From Eledone cirrhosa (taxonomy: Eukaryota): a stretch of DNA of 64,000 nucleotides. A program made the position numbers and the translations under genes. The stretch spans positions 46,934,001 through 46,998,000 of the forward strand of contig OZ024745.1 of the NCBI GenBank assembly GCA_964016885.1, in the 5' to 3' direction. Positions 26,401 to 39,550 of the stretch are shown here, one piece after another (the stretch's first letter is position 1; the number at the start of each line of letters is the position of its first letter). A model generated the notes under the pieces. The model searched no databases. It saw nothing but the letters and a program-made list of their open reading frames with translations, and was not told where the DNA came from.

Positions 26401-27749
26401 GTTTTTTTTATGGGGGGGTCCGTTTTTTATTTGGGGACCCCGTTTTTTATTTGGGTGCCCCGTTTTTTTATGGGGGGGTCCGTTTTTTATTTGGGTGCCC
26501 CGTTTTTTATTTGGGTACCCCGTTTTTTATTTGGGTGCCCCGTTTTTTTATGGGGGGGTCCGTTTTTTATCTGGGTACCCCGTTTTTTATTTGGGTACCC
26601 CGTTTTTTATTTGGGTGCCCCGTTTTTTTATGGGGGGGGTCCGTTTTTTATTTGGGTGCCCCGTTTTTTTTATGGGGGGTCCGTTTTTTATTTGGGGACC
26701 CCGTTTTTTAATTGGGTGCCCCGTTTTTTTATGGGGGGGGTCCGTTTTTTATTTGGGTGCCCCGTTTTTTTATGGGGGGGGTCCGTTTTTCATTTGGGTG
26801 CCCCGTTTTTTATTTGGGTACCCCGTTTTTTATTTGGGTGCCCCGTTTTTTTATGGGGGGGTCCGTTTTTTATTTGGGTGCCCCGTTTTTTATTTGGGTG
26901 CCCCGTTTTTTTATGGGGGGGGGCGTTTTTTATTTGGGTGCCCCGTTTTTTTATGGGGGGGGTCCGTTTTTTATTTGGGTACCCCGTTTTTTATTTGGGT
27001 GCCCCGTTTTTTTTATGGGGGGGGTCCGTTTTTTATTTGGGTGCCCCGTTTTTTATTTGGGTACCCCGTTTTTTATTTGGGTGCCCCGTTTTTTATTTGG
27101 GTGTGCCGTTTTTTTTATGGGGGGGGACCGTTTTTTATTTGGGTGCCCCGTTTTTTTATGGGGGGGGTCCGTTTTTTATTTGGGTACCCCGTTTTTTATT
27201 TGGGTGCCCCGTTTTTTTATGGGGGGGTCCGTTTTTTATTTGGGTACCCCGTTTTTTATTTGGGTGCCCCGTTTTTTTATGGGGGGGATCCGTTTTTTAT
27301 TTGGGTGCCCCGTTTTTTATTTGGGTGCCCCGTTTTTTTATGGGGGGGGGTCCGTTTTTTATTTGGGTGCCCCGTTTTTTTATGGGGGGGTCCGTTTTTT
27401 ATTTGGGTGCCCCGTTTTTTATTTGGGTGCCCCGTTTTTTTATGGGGGGGATCCGTTTTTTATTTGGGTGCCCCGTTTTATATTTGGGTGCCCCGTTTTT
27501 TATTTGGGTGCCCCGTTTTTTTATTGGGGGGGTCCGTTTTTTATCTGGGTGCCCCGTTTTTTATTTGGGTGCCCCGTTTTTTTATGGGGGGGATCCGTTT
27601 TTTATTTGGGTGCCCCGTTTTATATTTGGGTGCCCCGTTTTTTATTTGGGTGCCCCGTTTTTTTATGGGGGGGGGGTCCGTTTTTTATTTGGGTGCCCCG
27701 TTTTTTTATGGGGGGGATCCGTTTTTTATTTGGGTGCCCCGTTTTATAT

Positions 27750-30700
27750 TTGGGTGCCCCGTTTTTTATTTGGGTGTCCCGTTTTTTTATGGGGGGGGTC
27801 CGTTTTTTATTTGGGTGCCCCGTTTTTTTATGGGGCGGGTCCGTTTTTTATTTGGGTACCCCGTTTTTTATTTGGGTGCCCCGTTTTTTTATGGGGGGGT
27901 CCGTTTTTTATTTGGGTACCCCGTTTTTTATTTGGGTGCCCCGTTTTTTTATGGGGGGGATCCGTTTTTTATTTGGGTGCCCCGTTTTTTATTTGGGTGC
28001 CCCGTTTTTTTAGGGGGGGGGGGTCCGTTTTTTATTTGGGTGCCCCGTTTTTTTATGGGGGGGTCCGTTTTTTATTTGGGTGCCCCGTTTTTTATTTGGG
28101 TGCCCCGTTTTTTTATGGGGGGGATCCGTTTTTTATTTGGGTGCCCCGTTTTATATTTGGGTGCCCCGTTTTTTATTTGGGTGCCCCGTTCTTTTATTGG
28201 GGGGGTCCGTTTTTTATCTGGGTACCCCGTTTTTTATTTGGGTACCGCGTTTTTTATTTGGGTGCCCCGTTTTTTTATGGGGGGGGGTCCGTTTTTTATT
28301 TGGGTGCCCCGTTTTTTTATGGGGGGGGTCCGTTTTTTATTTGGGTGCCCCGTTTTTTTATGGGGGGGATCCGTTTTTTATTTGGGTGCCCCGTTTTATA
28401 TTTGGGTGCCCCGTTTTTTATTTGGGTGCCCCGTTTTTTTATGGGGGGGTCCGTTTTTTATCTGGGTACCCCGTTTTTTATTTGGGTACCCCGTTTTTTA
28501 TTTGGGTGCCCCGTTTTTTTATGGGGGGGGTCCGTTTTTTATTTGGGTGCCCCGTTTTTTATTTGGGTGTCCCGTTTTTTTATGGGGGGGTCCCGTTTTT
28601 TATTTGGGTGCCCCGTTTTTTTATGGGGGGGGGTCCGTTTTTTATTTCGGTGCCCCGTTTTTTTATGGGGGGGTCCGTTTTTTATTTGGGTGCCCCGTTT
28701 TTTTATGGGGGGGATCCGTTTTTTATTTGGGTGCCCCGTTTTTTATTTGGGTGCCCCGTTTTTTTATGGGGGGGTCCGTTTTTTATTTGGGTGACCCGTT
28801 TTTTTTATGGGGGGGGTCCGTTTTTTATTTGGGTGCCCCGTTTTTTTATGGGGGGGTCCCGTTTTTTATTTGGGTGCCCCGTTTTTTTATGGGGGGGTCC
28901 GTTTTTTATTTGGGTACCCCGTATTTTATTTGGGTGCCCCGTTTTTTTATGGGGGGGGTCCGTTTTTTATTTGGGTGCCCCGTTTTTTTATGGGGGGGGT
29001 CCGTTTTTTATTTGGGTGCCCCGTTTTTTTATGGGGGGGTCCCGTTTTTTATTTGGGTGCCCCGTTTTTTTATGGGGGGGGTCCGTTTTTTATTTGGGTG
29101 CCCCGTTTTTTTATGGGGGGGTCCCGTTTTTTATTTGGGTGCTCCGTTTTTTTATGGGGGGGTCCGTTTTTTATTTGGGTACCCCGTTTTTATTTGGGTG
29201 CCCCGTTTTTTTATGGGGGGGTCCGTTTTTTATTTGGGTGCCCCGTTTTTTTTATGGGGGGGTCCGTTTTTTATTTGGGTGCCCCGTTTTTTTATGGGGG
29301 GGTCCCGTTTTTTATTTGGGTGCCCCGTTTTTTTATGGGGGGGGGGGGTCCGTTTTTTATTTGGGTACCCCGTTTTTTATTTGGGTGCCCCGTTATTTTA
29401 TGGGGGGGTCCGTTTTTTATTTGGGTGCCCCGTTTTTTTATGGGGGGGTCCGTTTTTTATCTGGGTGCCCCGTTTTTTATTTGGGTGCCCCGTTTTTTTT
29501 ATGGGGGGGGTCCGTTTTTTATTTGGGTGCCCCGTTTTTTTATGGGGGGGGTCCGTTTTTTATTTGGGTACCCCGTTTTTTATTTGGGTGCCCCGTTTTT
29601 TTATGGGGGGGGTCCGTTTTTTATTTGGGTGCCCCGTTTTTTTATGGGGGGGTCCGTTTTTTATCTGGGTACCCCGTTTTTTATTTGGGTACCCCGTTTT
29701 TTATTTGGGTGCCCCGTTTTTTTATGGGGGGGGTCCGTTTTTTATTTGGGTACCCCGTTTTTTATTTGGGTGCCCCGTTTTTTTATGGGGGGATCCGTTT
29801 TTTATTTGGGTGCCCCGTTTTATATTTGGGTGTCCCGTTTTTTATTTGGGTGTCCCGTTTTTTTATGGGGGGGTCCCGTTTTCTATTTGGGTGCCCCGTT
29901 TTTTTATGGGGGGTCCGTTTTTTATTTGGGTACCCCGTTTTTTATTTGGGTGCCCCGTTTTTTTATGGGGGGGTCCGTTTTTTATTTGGGTGCCCCGTTT
30001 TTTTATGGGGGGGGTCCGTTTTTTATTTGGGTGCACCGTTTTTTATTTGGGTACCCCGTTTTTTATTTGGGTGCCCCGTTTTTTATTTGGGTGCCCCGTT
30101 TTTTTATGGGGGGGGTCCGTTTTTTATTTGGGTGCCCCGTTTTTTATTTGGGTACCCCGTTTTTTATTTGGGTGCCCCGTTTTTTTATGGGGGGGGTCCG
30201 TTTTTTATTTGGGTGCCCCGTTTTTTTATGGGGGGGTCCCGTTTTTTATTTGGGTGCCCCGTTTTTTTATGGGGGGGGGGGTCCGTTTTTTATTTGGGTG
30301 CCCCGTTTTTTTATGGGTGGGGCCGTTTTTTATTTGGGTGCCCCGTTTTTTTATGGGGGGGTCCGTTTTTTATTTGGGTACCCCGTTTTTTATTTGGGTG
30401 CCCCGTTTTATATTTGGGTGCCCCGTTTTTTATTTGGGTGCCCCGTTTTTTTATGGGGGGGGTCCGTTTTTTATCTGGGTACCCCGTTTTTTATTTGGGT
30501 ACCCCGTTTTTTATTTGGGTGCCTCGTTTTTTTATGGGGGGGGTCCGTTTTTTATTTGGGTGCCCCGTTTTTTATTTGGGTACCGCGTTTTTTATTTGGG
30601 TGCCCCGTTTTTTTATGGGGGGGGTCCGTTTTTTATTTGGGTGCCCCGTTTTTTTATGGGGCGGGTCCGTTTTTTATTTGGGTACCCCGTTTTTTATTTG

Positions 30701-33700
30701 GGTGCCCCGTTTTTTTATGGGGGGGTCCGTTTTTTATTTGGGTACCCCGTTTTTTATTTGGGTGCCCCGTTTTTTTATGGGGGGGATCCGTTTTTTATTT
30801 GGGTGCCCCGTTTTTTATTTGGGTGCCCCGTTTTTTTAGGGGGGGGGTCCGTTTTTTATTTGGGTGCCCCGTTTTTTTATGGGGGGGTCCGTTTTTTATT
30901 TGGGTGCCCCGTTTTTTATTTGGGTGCCCCGTTTTTTTATGGGGGGGATCCGTTTTTTATTTGGGTGCCCCGTTTTATATTTGGGTGCCCCGTTTTTTAT
31001 TTGGGTGCCCCGTTTTTTTATTGGGGGGGTCCGTTTTTTATCTGGGTACCCCGTTTTTTATTTGGGTACCGCGTTTTTTATTTGGGTGCCCCGTTTTTTT
31101 ATGGGGGGGGGTCCGTTTTTTATTTGGGTGCCCCGTTTTTTTATGGGGGGGGGTCCGTTTTTTATTTGGGTGCCCCGTTTTTTTATGGGGGGGATCCGTT
31201 TTTTATTTGGGTGCCCCGTTTTTTATTTGGGTGCCCCGTTTTTTATTTGGGTGTCCCGTTTTTTTATGGGGGGGGTCCGTTTTTTATTTGGGTGCCCCGT
31301 TTTTTTATGGGGCGGGTCCGTTTTTTATTTGGGTACCCCGTTTTTTATTTGGGTGCCCCGTTTTTTTATGGGGGGGTCCGTTTTTTATTTGGGTACCCCG
31401 TTTTTTATTTGGGTGCCCCGTTTTTTTATGGGGGGGATCCGTTTTTTATTTGGGTGCCCCGTTTTTTATTTGGGTGCCCCGTTTTTTAGGGGGGGGGTCC
31501 GTTTTTTATTTGGGTGCCCCGTTTTTTTATGGGGGGGTCCGTTTTTTATTTGGGTGCCCCGTTTTTTATTTGGGTGCCCCGTTTTTTTATGGGGGGGATC
31601 CGTTTTTTATTTGGGTGCCCCGTTTTATATTTGGGTGCCCCGTTTTTTATTTGGGTGCCCCGTTTTTTTATTGGGGGGGTCCGTTTTTTATCTGGGTACC
31701 CCGTTTTTTATTTGGGTACCGCGTTTTTTATTTGGGTGCCCCGTTTTTTTATGGGGGGGGTCCGTTTTTTATTTGGGTGCCCCGTTTTTTTATGGGGGGG
31801 GGTCCGTTTTTTATTTGGGTGCCCCGTTTTTTTATGGGGGGGATCCGTTTTTTATTTGGGTGCCCCGTTTTATATTTGGGTGCCCCGTTTTTTATTTGGG
31901 TGCCCCGTTTTTTTATGGGGGGGTCCGTTTTTTATCTGGGTACCCCGTTTTTTATTTGGGTACCCCGTTTTTTATTTGGGTGCCCCGTTTTTTTATGGGG
32001 GGGGTCCGTTTTTTATTTGGGTGCCCCGTTTTTTATTTGGGTGTCCCGTTTTTTTATGGGGGGGTCCCGTTTTTTATTTGGGTGCCCCGTTTTTTTATGG
32101 GGGGGGTCCGTTTTTTATTTCGGTGCCCCGTTTTTTTATGGGGGGGTCCGTTTTTTATTTGGGTGCCCCGTTTTTTTATGGGGGGGATCCGTTTTTTATT
32201 TGGGTGCCCCGTTTTTTATTTGGGTGCCCCGTTTTTTTATGGGGGGGTCCGTTTTTTATTTGGGTGACCCGTTTTTTTATGGGGGGGGTCCGTTTTTTAT
32301 TTGGGTGCCCCGTTTTTTTATGGGGGGGTCCCGTTTTTTATTTGGGTGCCCCGTTTTTTTATGGGGGGGTCCGTTTTTTATTTGGGTACCCCGTATTTTA
32401 TTTGGGTGCCCCGTTTTTTTATGGGGGGGGTCCGTTTTTTATTTGGGTGCCCCGTTTTTTTATGGGGGGGGTCCGTTTTTTATTTGGGTGCCCCGTTTTT
32501 TTATGGGGGGGTCCCGTTTTTTATTTGGGTGCCCCGTTTTTTTATGGGGGGGGGGGTCCGTTTTTTATTTGGGTGCCCCGTTTTTTTATGGGGGGGTCCC
32601 GTTTTTTATTTGGGTGCTCCGTTTTTTTATGGGGGGGTCCGTTTTTTATTTGGGTACCCCGTTTTTATTTGGGTGCCCCGTTTTTTTATGGGGGGGTCCG
32701 TTTTTTATTTGGGTGCCCCGTTTTTTTATGGGGGGGTCCGTTTTTTATTTGGGTGCCCCGTTTTTTTATGGGGGGGTCCCGTTTTTTATTTGGGTGCCCC
32801 GTTTTTTTATGGGGGGGGGGTCCGTTTTTTATTTGGGTACCCCGTTTTTTATTTGGGTGCCCCGTTATTTTATGGGGGGGTCCGTTTTTTATTTGGGTGC
32901 CCCGTTTTTTTATGGGGGGGTCCGTTTTTTATCTGGGTGCCCCGTTTTTTATTTGGGTGCCCCGTTTTTTTATGGGGGGGTCCGTTTTTTATTTGGGTGC
33001 CCCGTTTTTTTATGGGGGGGTCCGTTTTTTATTTGGGTGCCCCGTTTTTTTATGGGGGGGTCCCGTTTTTTATTTGGGTGCCCCGTTTTTTTATGGGGGG
33101 GGGGGGGTCCGTTTTTTATTTGGGTACCCCGTTTTTTATTTGGGTGCCCCGTTATTTTATGGGGGGGTCCGTTTTTTATTTGGGTGCCCCGTTTTTTTAT
33201 GGGGGGGTCCGTTTTTTATCTGGGTGCCCCGTTTTTTATTTGGGTGCCCCGTTTTTTTATGGGGGGGGTCCGTTTTTTATTTGGGTGCCCCGTTTTTTTA
33301 TGGGGGGGGGTCCGTTTTTTATTTGGGTACCCCGTTTTTTATTTGGGTGCCCCGTTTTTTTATGGGGGGGGGTCCGTTTTTTATTTGGGTGCCCCGTTTT
33401 TTTATGGGGGGGTCCGTTTTTTATCTGGGTACCCCGTTTTTTATTTGGGTACCCCGTTTTTTATTTGGGTGCCCCGTTTTTTTATGGGGGGGGTCCGTTT
33501 TTTATTTGGGTGCCCCGTTTTTTTATGGGGGGGATCCGTTTTTTATTTGGGTGCCCCGTTTTATATTTGGGTGTCCCGTTTTTTATTTGGGTGTCCCGTT
33601 TTTTTATGGGGGGGTCCCGTTTTCTATTTGGGTGCCCCGTTTTTTTATGGGGGGGTCCGTTTTTTATTTGGGTACCCCGTTTTTTATTTGGGTGCCCCGT

Positions 33701-36700
33701 TTTTTTATGGGGGGGGTCCGTTTTTTATTTGGGTGCCCCGTTTTTTTATGGGGGGGTCCGTTTTTTATTTGGGTGCACCGTTTTTTATTTGGGTACCCCG
33801 TTTTTTATTTGGGTGCCCCGTTTTTTATTTGGGTGCCCCGTTTTTTTATGGGGGGGTCCGTTTTTTATTTGGGTGCCCCGATTTTATTTGGGTACCCCGT
33901 TTTTTATTTGGGTGCCCCGTTTTTTTATGGGGGGGTCCGTTTTTTATTTGGGTGCCCCGTTTTTTTATGGGGGGGGGCGTTTTTTATTTGGGTGCCCCGT
34001 TTTTTTATGGGGGGGGTCCGTTTTTTATTTGGGTACCCCGTTTTTTATTTGGGGACCCCGTTTTTTATTTGGGTGCCCCGTTTTTTTATGGGGGGGTCCG
34101 TTTTTTATTTGGGTGCCCCGTTTTTTTATGGGGGGGGGTCCGTTATTTATTTGGGTGCCCCGTTTTTTTATAGGGGGGTCCCGTTTTTTATTTGGGTGCC
34201 CCGTTTTTTTATGGGGGGGTCCGTTTTTTATTTGGGTACCCCGTTTTTTATTTGGGTGCCCCGTTTTTTTATGGGGGGGGTCCGTTTTTTATTTGGGTGC
34301 CCCGTTTTTTTATGGGGGGGTCCGTTTTTTATTTGGGTGCCCCGTTTTTTTATGGGGGGTCCCGTTTTTTATTTGGGTGCCCCGTTTTTTTTATGGGGGG
34401 GGTCCGTTTTTTATTTGGGTACCCCGTTTTTTATTTGGGTGCCTCGTTTTTTTATGGGGGGAACCGTTTTTTATTTGGGTGCCCCGTTTTTTATTTGGGT
34501 GTCCCGTTTTTTTATGGGGGGGTCCGTTTTTTATTTGGGTGCCCCGTTTTTTATTTGGGTACCCCGTTTTTTATTTGGGTGCCCCGTTTTTTTATGGGGG
34601 GGGGGTCCGTTTTTTATTTCGGTGCCCCGTTTTTTTATGGGTGGGTCCGTTTTTTATTTGGGTGCCCCGTTTTTTATTTGGGTGCCCCGTTTTTTTATGG
34701 GGGGGATCCGTTTTTTATTTGGGTGCCCCGTTTTTTATTTGGGTGCCCCGTTTTTTTATGGGGGGGTCCGTTTTTTATTTGGGTGACCCGTTTTTTTTAT
34801 GGGGGGGGGTCAGTTTTTTATTTGGGTGCCCCGTTTTTTTATGGGGGGGTCCCGTTTTTTATTTGGGTGCCCCGTTTTTTTATGGGGGGGTCCGTTTTTT
34901 ATTTGGGTACCCCGTTTTTTATTTGGGTGCCCCGTTTTTTTTATGGGGGGGGGTCCGTTTTTTATTTGGGTGCCCCGTTTTTTTATGGGGGGGGTCCGTT
35001 TTTCATTTGGGTGCCCCGTTTTTTTATGGGGGGGTCCCGTTTTTTATTTGGGTGCCCCGTTTTTTTATGGGGGGGGGTCCGTTTTTTATTTGGGTGCCCC
35101 GTTTTTTTATGGGGGGGTCCCGTTTTTTATTTGGGTGCCCCGTTTTTTTATGGGGGGGTCCGTTTTTTATTTGGGTACCCCGTTTTTTATTTGGGTGCCC
35201 CGTTTTTTTATGGGGGGGTCCGTTTTTTATTTGGGTGCCCCGTTTTTTTATGGGGGGGATCCGTTTTTTATTTGGGTGCCCCGTTTTTTTATGGGGGGGT
35301 CCCGTTTTTTATTTGGGTGCCCCGTTTTTTTATGGGGGGGGTCCGTTTTTTATTTGGGTACCCCGTTTTTTATTTGGGTGCCCCGTTTTTTTATGGGGGG
35401 GTCCGTTTTTTATTTGGGTACCCCGTTTTTTATTTGGGTGCCCCGTTTTTTTATGGGGGGGTCCGTTTTTTATTTGGGTGCCCCGTTTTTTTATGGGGGG
35501 GGGTCCGTTTTTTATTTGGGTGCCCCGTTTTTTTATGGGGGGGTCCCGTTTTTTATTTGGGTGCCCCGTTTTTTTATGGGGGGGGGTCCGTTTTTTATTT
35601 GGGTGCCCCGTTTTTTATTTGGGTGCCCCGTGTTTTTATGGGTGGGGCCGTTTTTTATTTGGGTGCCCCGTTTTTTTATGGGGGGGTCCGTTTTTTATTT
35701 GGGTACCCCGTTTTTTATTTGGGTGCCCCGTTTTTTTATGGGGGGGTCCGTTTTTTATTTGGGTGCCCCGTTTTTTTATGGGGGGGTCCGTTTTTTATTT
35801 GGGTGCCCCGTTTTTTATTTGGGTGCCCCGTTTTTTTATGGGGGGGGTCCGTTTTTTATTTGGGTGCCCCGTTTTTTTATGGGGGGGGTCCGTTTTTTAT
35901 TTGGGTGCCCCGTTTTTTTATGGGGGGGATCCGTTTTTTATTTGGGTGCCCCGTTTTATATTTGGGTGCCCCGTTTTTTATTTGGGTGTCCCGTTTTTTT
36001 ATGGGGGGGGTCCGTTTTTTATTTGGGTGCCCCGTTTTTTTATGGGGCGGGTCCGTTTTTTATTTGGGTACCCCGTTTTTTATTTGGGTGCCCCGTTTTT
36101 TTATGGGGGGGTCCGTTTTTTATTTGGGTACCCCGTTTTTTATTTGGGTGCCCCGTTTTTTTATGGGGGGGATCCGTTTTTTATTTGGGTGCCCCGTTTT
36201 TTATTTGGGTGCCCCGTTTTTTTAGGGGGGGGGTCCGTTTTTTATTTGGGTGCCCCGTTTTTTTATGGGGGGGTCCGTTTTTTATTTGGGTGCCCCGTTT
36301 TTTATTTGGGTGCCCCGTTTTTTTATGGGGGGGATCCGTTTTTTATTTGGGTGCCCCGTTTTATATTTGGGTGCCCCGTTTTTTATTTGGGTGCCCCGTT
36401 TTTTTATTGGGGGGGTCCGTTTTTTATCTGGGTACCCCGTTTTTTATTTGGGTACCGCGTTTTTTATTTGGGTGCCCCGTTTTTTTATGGGGGGGGTCCG
36501 TTTTTTATTTGGGTGCCCCGTTTTTTTATGGGGGGGGTCCGTTTTTTATTTGGGTGCCCCGTTTTTTTATGGGGGGGATCCGTTTTTTATTTGGGTGCCC
36601 CGTTTTATATTTGGGTTCCCCGTTTTTTATTTGGGTGCCCCGTTTTTTTATGGGGGGTCCGTTTTTTTATCTGGGTACCCCGTTTTTTATTTGGGTACCC

Positions 36701-39550
36701 CGTTTTTTATTTGGGTGCCCCGTTTTTTTATGGGGGGGTCCGTTTTTTATTTGGGTGTCCCGTTTTTTATTTGGGTGTCCCGTTTTTTTATGGGGGGGTC
36801 CCGTTTTTTATTTGGGTGCCCCGTTTTTTTATGGGGGGGGTCCGTTTTTTATTTCGGTGCCCCGTTTTTTTATGGGGGGGTCCGTTTTTTATTTGGGTGC
36901 CCCGTTTTTTTATGGGGGGGATCCGTTTTTTATTTGGGTGCCCCGTTTTTTATTTGGGTGCCCCGTTTTTTTATGGGGGGGTCCGTTTTTTATTTGGGTG
37001 ACCCGTTTTTTTATGGGGGGGGTCCGTTTTTTATTTGGGTGCCCCGTTTTTTTATGGGGGGGTCCCGTTTTTTATTTGGGTGCCCCGTTTTTTTATGGGG
37101 GGGTCCGTTTTTTATTTGGGTACCCCGTATTTTATTTGGGTGCCCCGTTTTTTTATGGGGGGGGTCCGTTTTTTATTTGGGTGCCCCGTTTTTTTATGGG
37201 GGGGGTCCGTTTTTTATTTGGGTGCCCCGTTTTTTTATGGGGGGGTCCCGTTTTTTATTTGGGTGCCCCGTTTTTTTATGGGGGGGGGGTCCGTTTTTTA
37301 TTTGGGTGCCCCGTTTTTTTATGGGGGGGTCCCGTTTTTTATTTGGGTGCTCCGTTTTTTTATGGGGGGGTCCGTTTTTTATTTGGGTACCCCGTTTTTA
37401 TTTGGGTGCCCCGTTTTTTTATGGGGGGGTCCGTTTTTTATTTGGGTGCCCCGTTTTTTTATGGGGGGGTCCGTTTTTTATTTGGGTGCCCCGTTTTTTT
37501 ATGGGGGGGTCCCGTTTTTTATTTGGGTGCCCCGTTTTTTTATGGGGGGGGGTCCGTTTTTTATTTGGGTACCCCGTTTTTTATTTGGGTGCCCCGTTAT
37601 TTTATGGGGGGGTCCGTTTTTTATTTGGGTGCCCCGTTTTTTTATGGGGGGGTCCGTTTTTTATCTGGGTGCCCCGTTTTTTATTTGGGTGCCCCGTTTT
37701 TTTATGGGGGGGGTCCGTTTTTTATTTGGGTGCCCCGTTTTTTTATGGGGGGGGTCCGTTTTTTATTTGGGTACCCCGTTTTTTATTTGGGTGCCCCGTT
37801 TTTTTATGGGGGGGGGTCCGTTTTTTATTTGGGTGCCCCGTTTTTTTATGGGGGGGTCCGTTTTTTATCTGGGTACCCCGTTTTTTATTTGGGTACCCCG
37901 TTTTTTATTTGGGTGCCCCGTTTTTTTATGGGGGGGGTCCGTTTTTTATTTGGGTACCCCGTTTTTTATTTGGGTGCCCCGTTTTTTTATGGGGGGGATC
38001 CGTTTTTTATTTGGGTGCCCCGTTTTATATTTGGGTGTCCCGTTTTTTATTTGGGTGTCCCGTTTTTTTATGGGGGGGTCCCGTTTTCTATTTGGGTGCC
38101 CCGTTTTTTTATGGGGGGGTCCGTTTTTTATTTGGGTACCCCGTTTTTTATTTGGGTGCCCCGTTTTTTTATGGGGGGGGTCCGTTTTTTATTTGGGTGC
38201 CCCGTTTTTTTATGGGGGGGTCCGTTTTTTATTTGGGTGCACCGTTTTTTATTTGGGTACCCCGTTTTTTATTTGGGTGCCCCGTTTTTTATTTGGGTGC
38301 CCCGTTTTTTTATGGGGGGGGTCCGTTTTTTATTTGGGTGCCCCGTTTTTTATTTGGGTACCCCGTTTTTTATTTGGGTGCCCCGTTTTTTTATGGGGGG
38401 GGTCCGTTTTTTATTTGGGTGCCCCGTTTTTTTATGGGGGGGTCCCGTTTTTTATTTGGGTGCCCCGTTTTTTTATGGGGGGGGGTCCGTTTTTTATTTG
38501 GGTGCCCCGTTTTTTTATGGGTGGGGCCGTTTTTTATTTGGGTGCCCCGTTTTTTTATGGGGGGGTCCGTTTTTTATTTGGGTACCCCGTTTTTTATTTG
38601 GGTGCCCCGTTTTATATTTGGGTGCCCCGTTTTTTATTTGGGTGCCCCGTTTTTTTATGGGGGGGGTCCGTTTTTTATCTGGGTACCCCGTTTTTTATTT
38701 GGGTACCCCGTTTTTTATTTGGGTGCCTCGTTTTTTTATGGGGGGGGTCCGTTTTTTATTTGGGTGCCCCGTTTTTTATTTGGGTGCCCCGTTTTTTATT
38801 TGGGTGCCCCGTTTTTTTATGGGGGGGTCCGTTTTTTATTTGGGTGCCCCGTTTTTTTATGGGGGGGTCCGTTTTTTATCTGGGTACCCCGTTTTTTATT
38901 TGGGTACCCCGTTTTTTATTTGGGTGCCCCGTTTTTTTATGGGGGGGGTACGTTTTTTATTTGGGTGCCCCGTTTTTTATTTGGGTGCCCCGTTTTTTTA
39001 TGGGGGGGGGGGGGGCGTTTTTTATTTGGGTGCCCCGTTTTTTTTATGGGGGGGGTCCGTTTTTTATTTGGGTACCCCGTTTTTTATTTGGGGACCCCGT
39101 TCTTTATTTGGGTGCCCCGTTTTTTTATGGGGGGGGGGTCCGTTTTTTTATTTGGGTGCCCCGTTTTTTTATGGGGGGGGGTCCGTTATTTATTTGGGTG
39201 CCCCGTTTTTTTATAGGGGGGTCCCGTTTTTTATTTGGGTGCCCCGTTTTTTTATGGGGGGGTCCGTTTTTTATTTGGGTACCCCGTTTTTTATTTGGGT
39301 GCCCCGTTTTTTTATGGGGGGGGTCCGTTTTTTATTTGGGTGCCCCGTTTTTTTATGGGGGGGTCCGTTTTTTATTTGGGTGCCCCGTTTTTTTATGGGG
39401 GGTCCCGTTTTTTATTTGGGTGCCCCGTTTTTTTATGGGGGGGGTCCGTTTTTTATTTGGGTACCCCGTTTTTTATTTGGGTGCCTCGTTTTTTTATGGG
39501 GGGAACCGTTTTTTATTTGGGTGCCCCGTTTTTTATTTGGGTGTCCCGTT
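27750..39550 (+). repeat. Three copies of a multi-kb higher-order unit (spacings ~3472 and ~4734 bp) with internal sub-duplications
   Basis: GTATTTTATT at 28921, 32393 and 37127. GCTCCG at ~29141, ~32616 and ~37349. TTTAGGGG at ~28010, ~30837, ~31487 and ~36222. TTTCTATTT at ~29880, ~33621 and ~38085. TTATAGGGG and GGGAACCG shared by ~34170/34460 and ~39212/39502. Confidence 0.85.
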
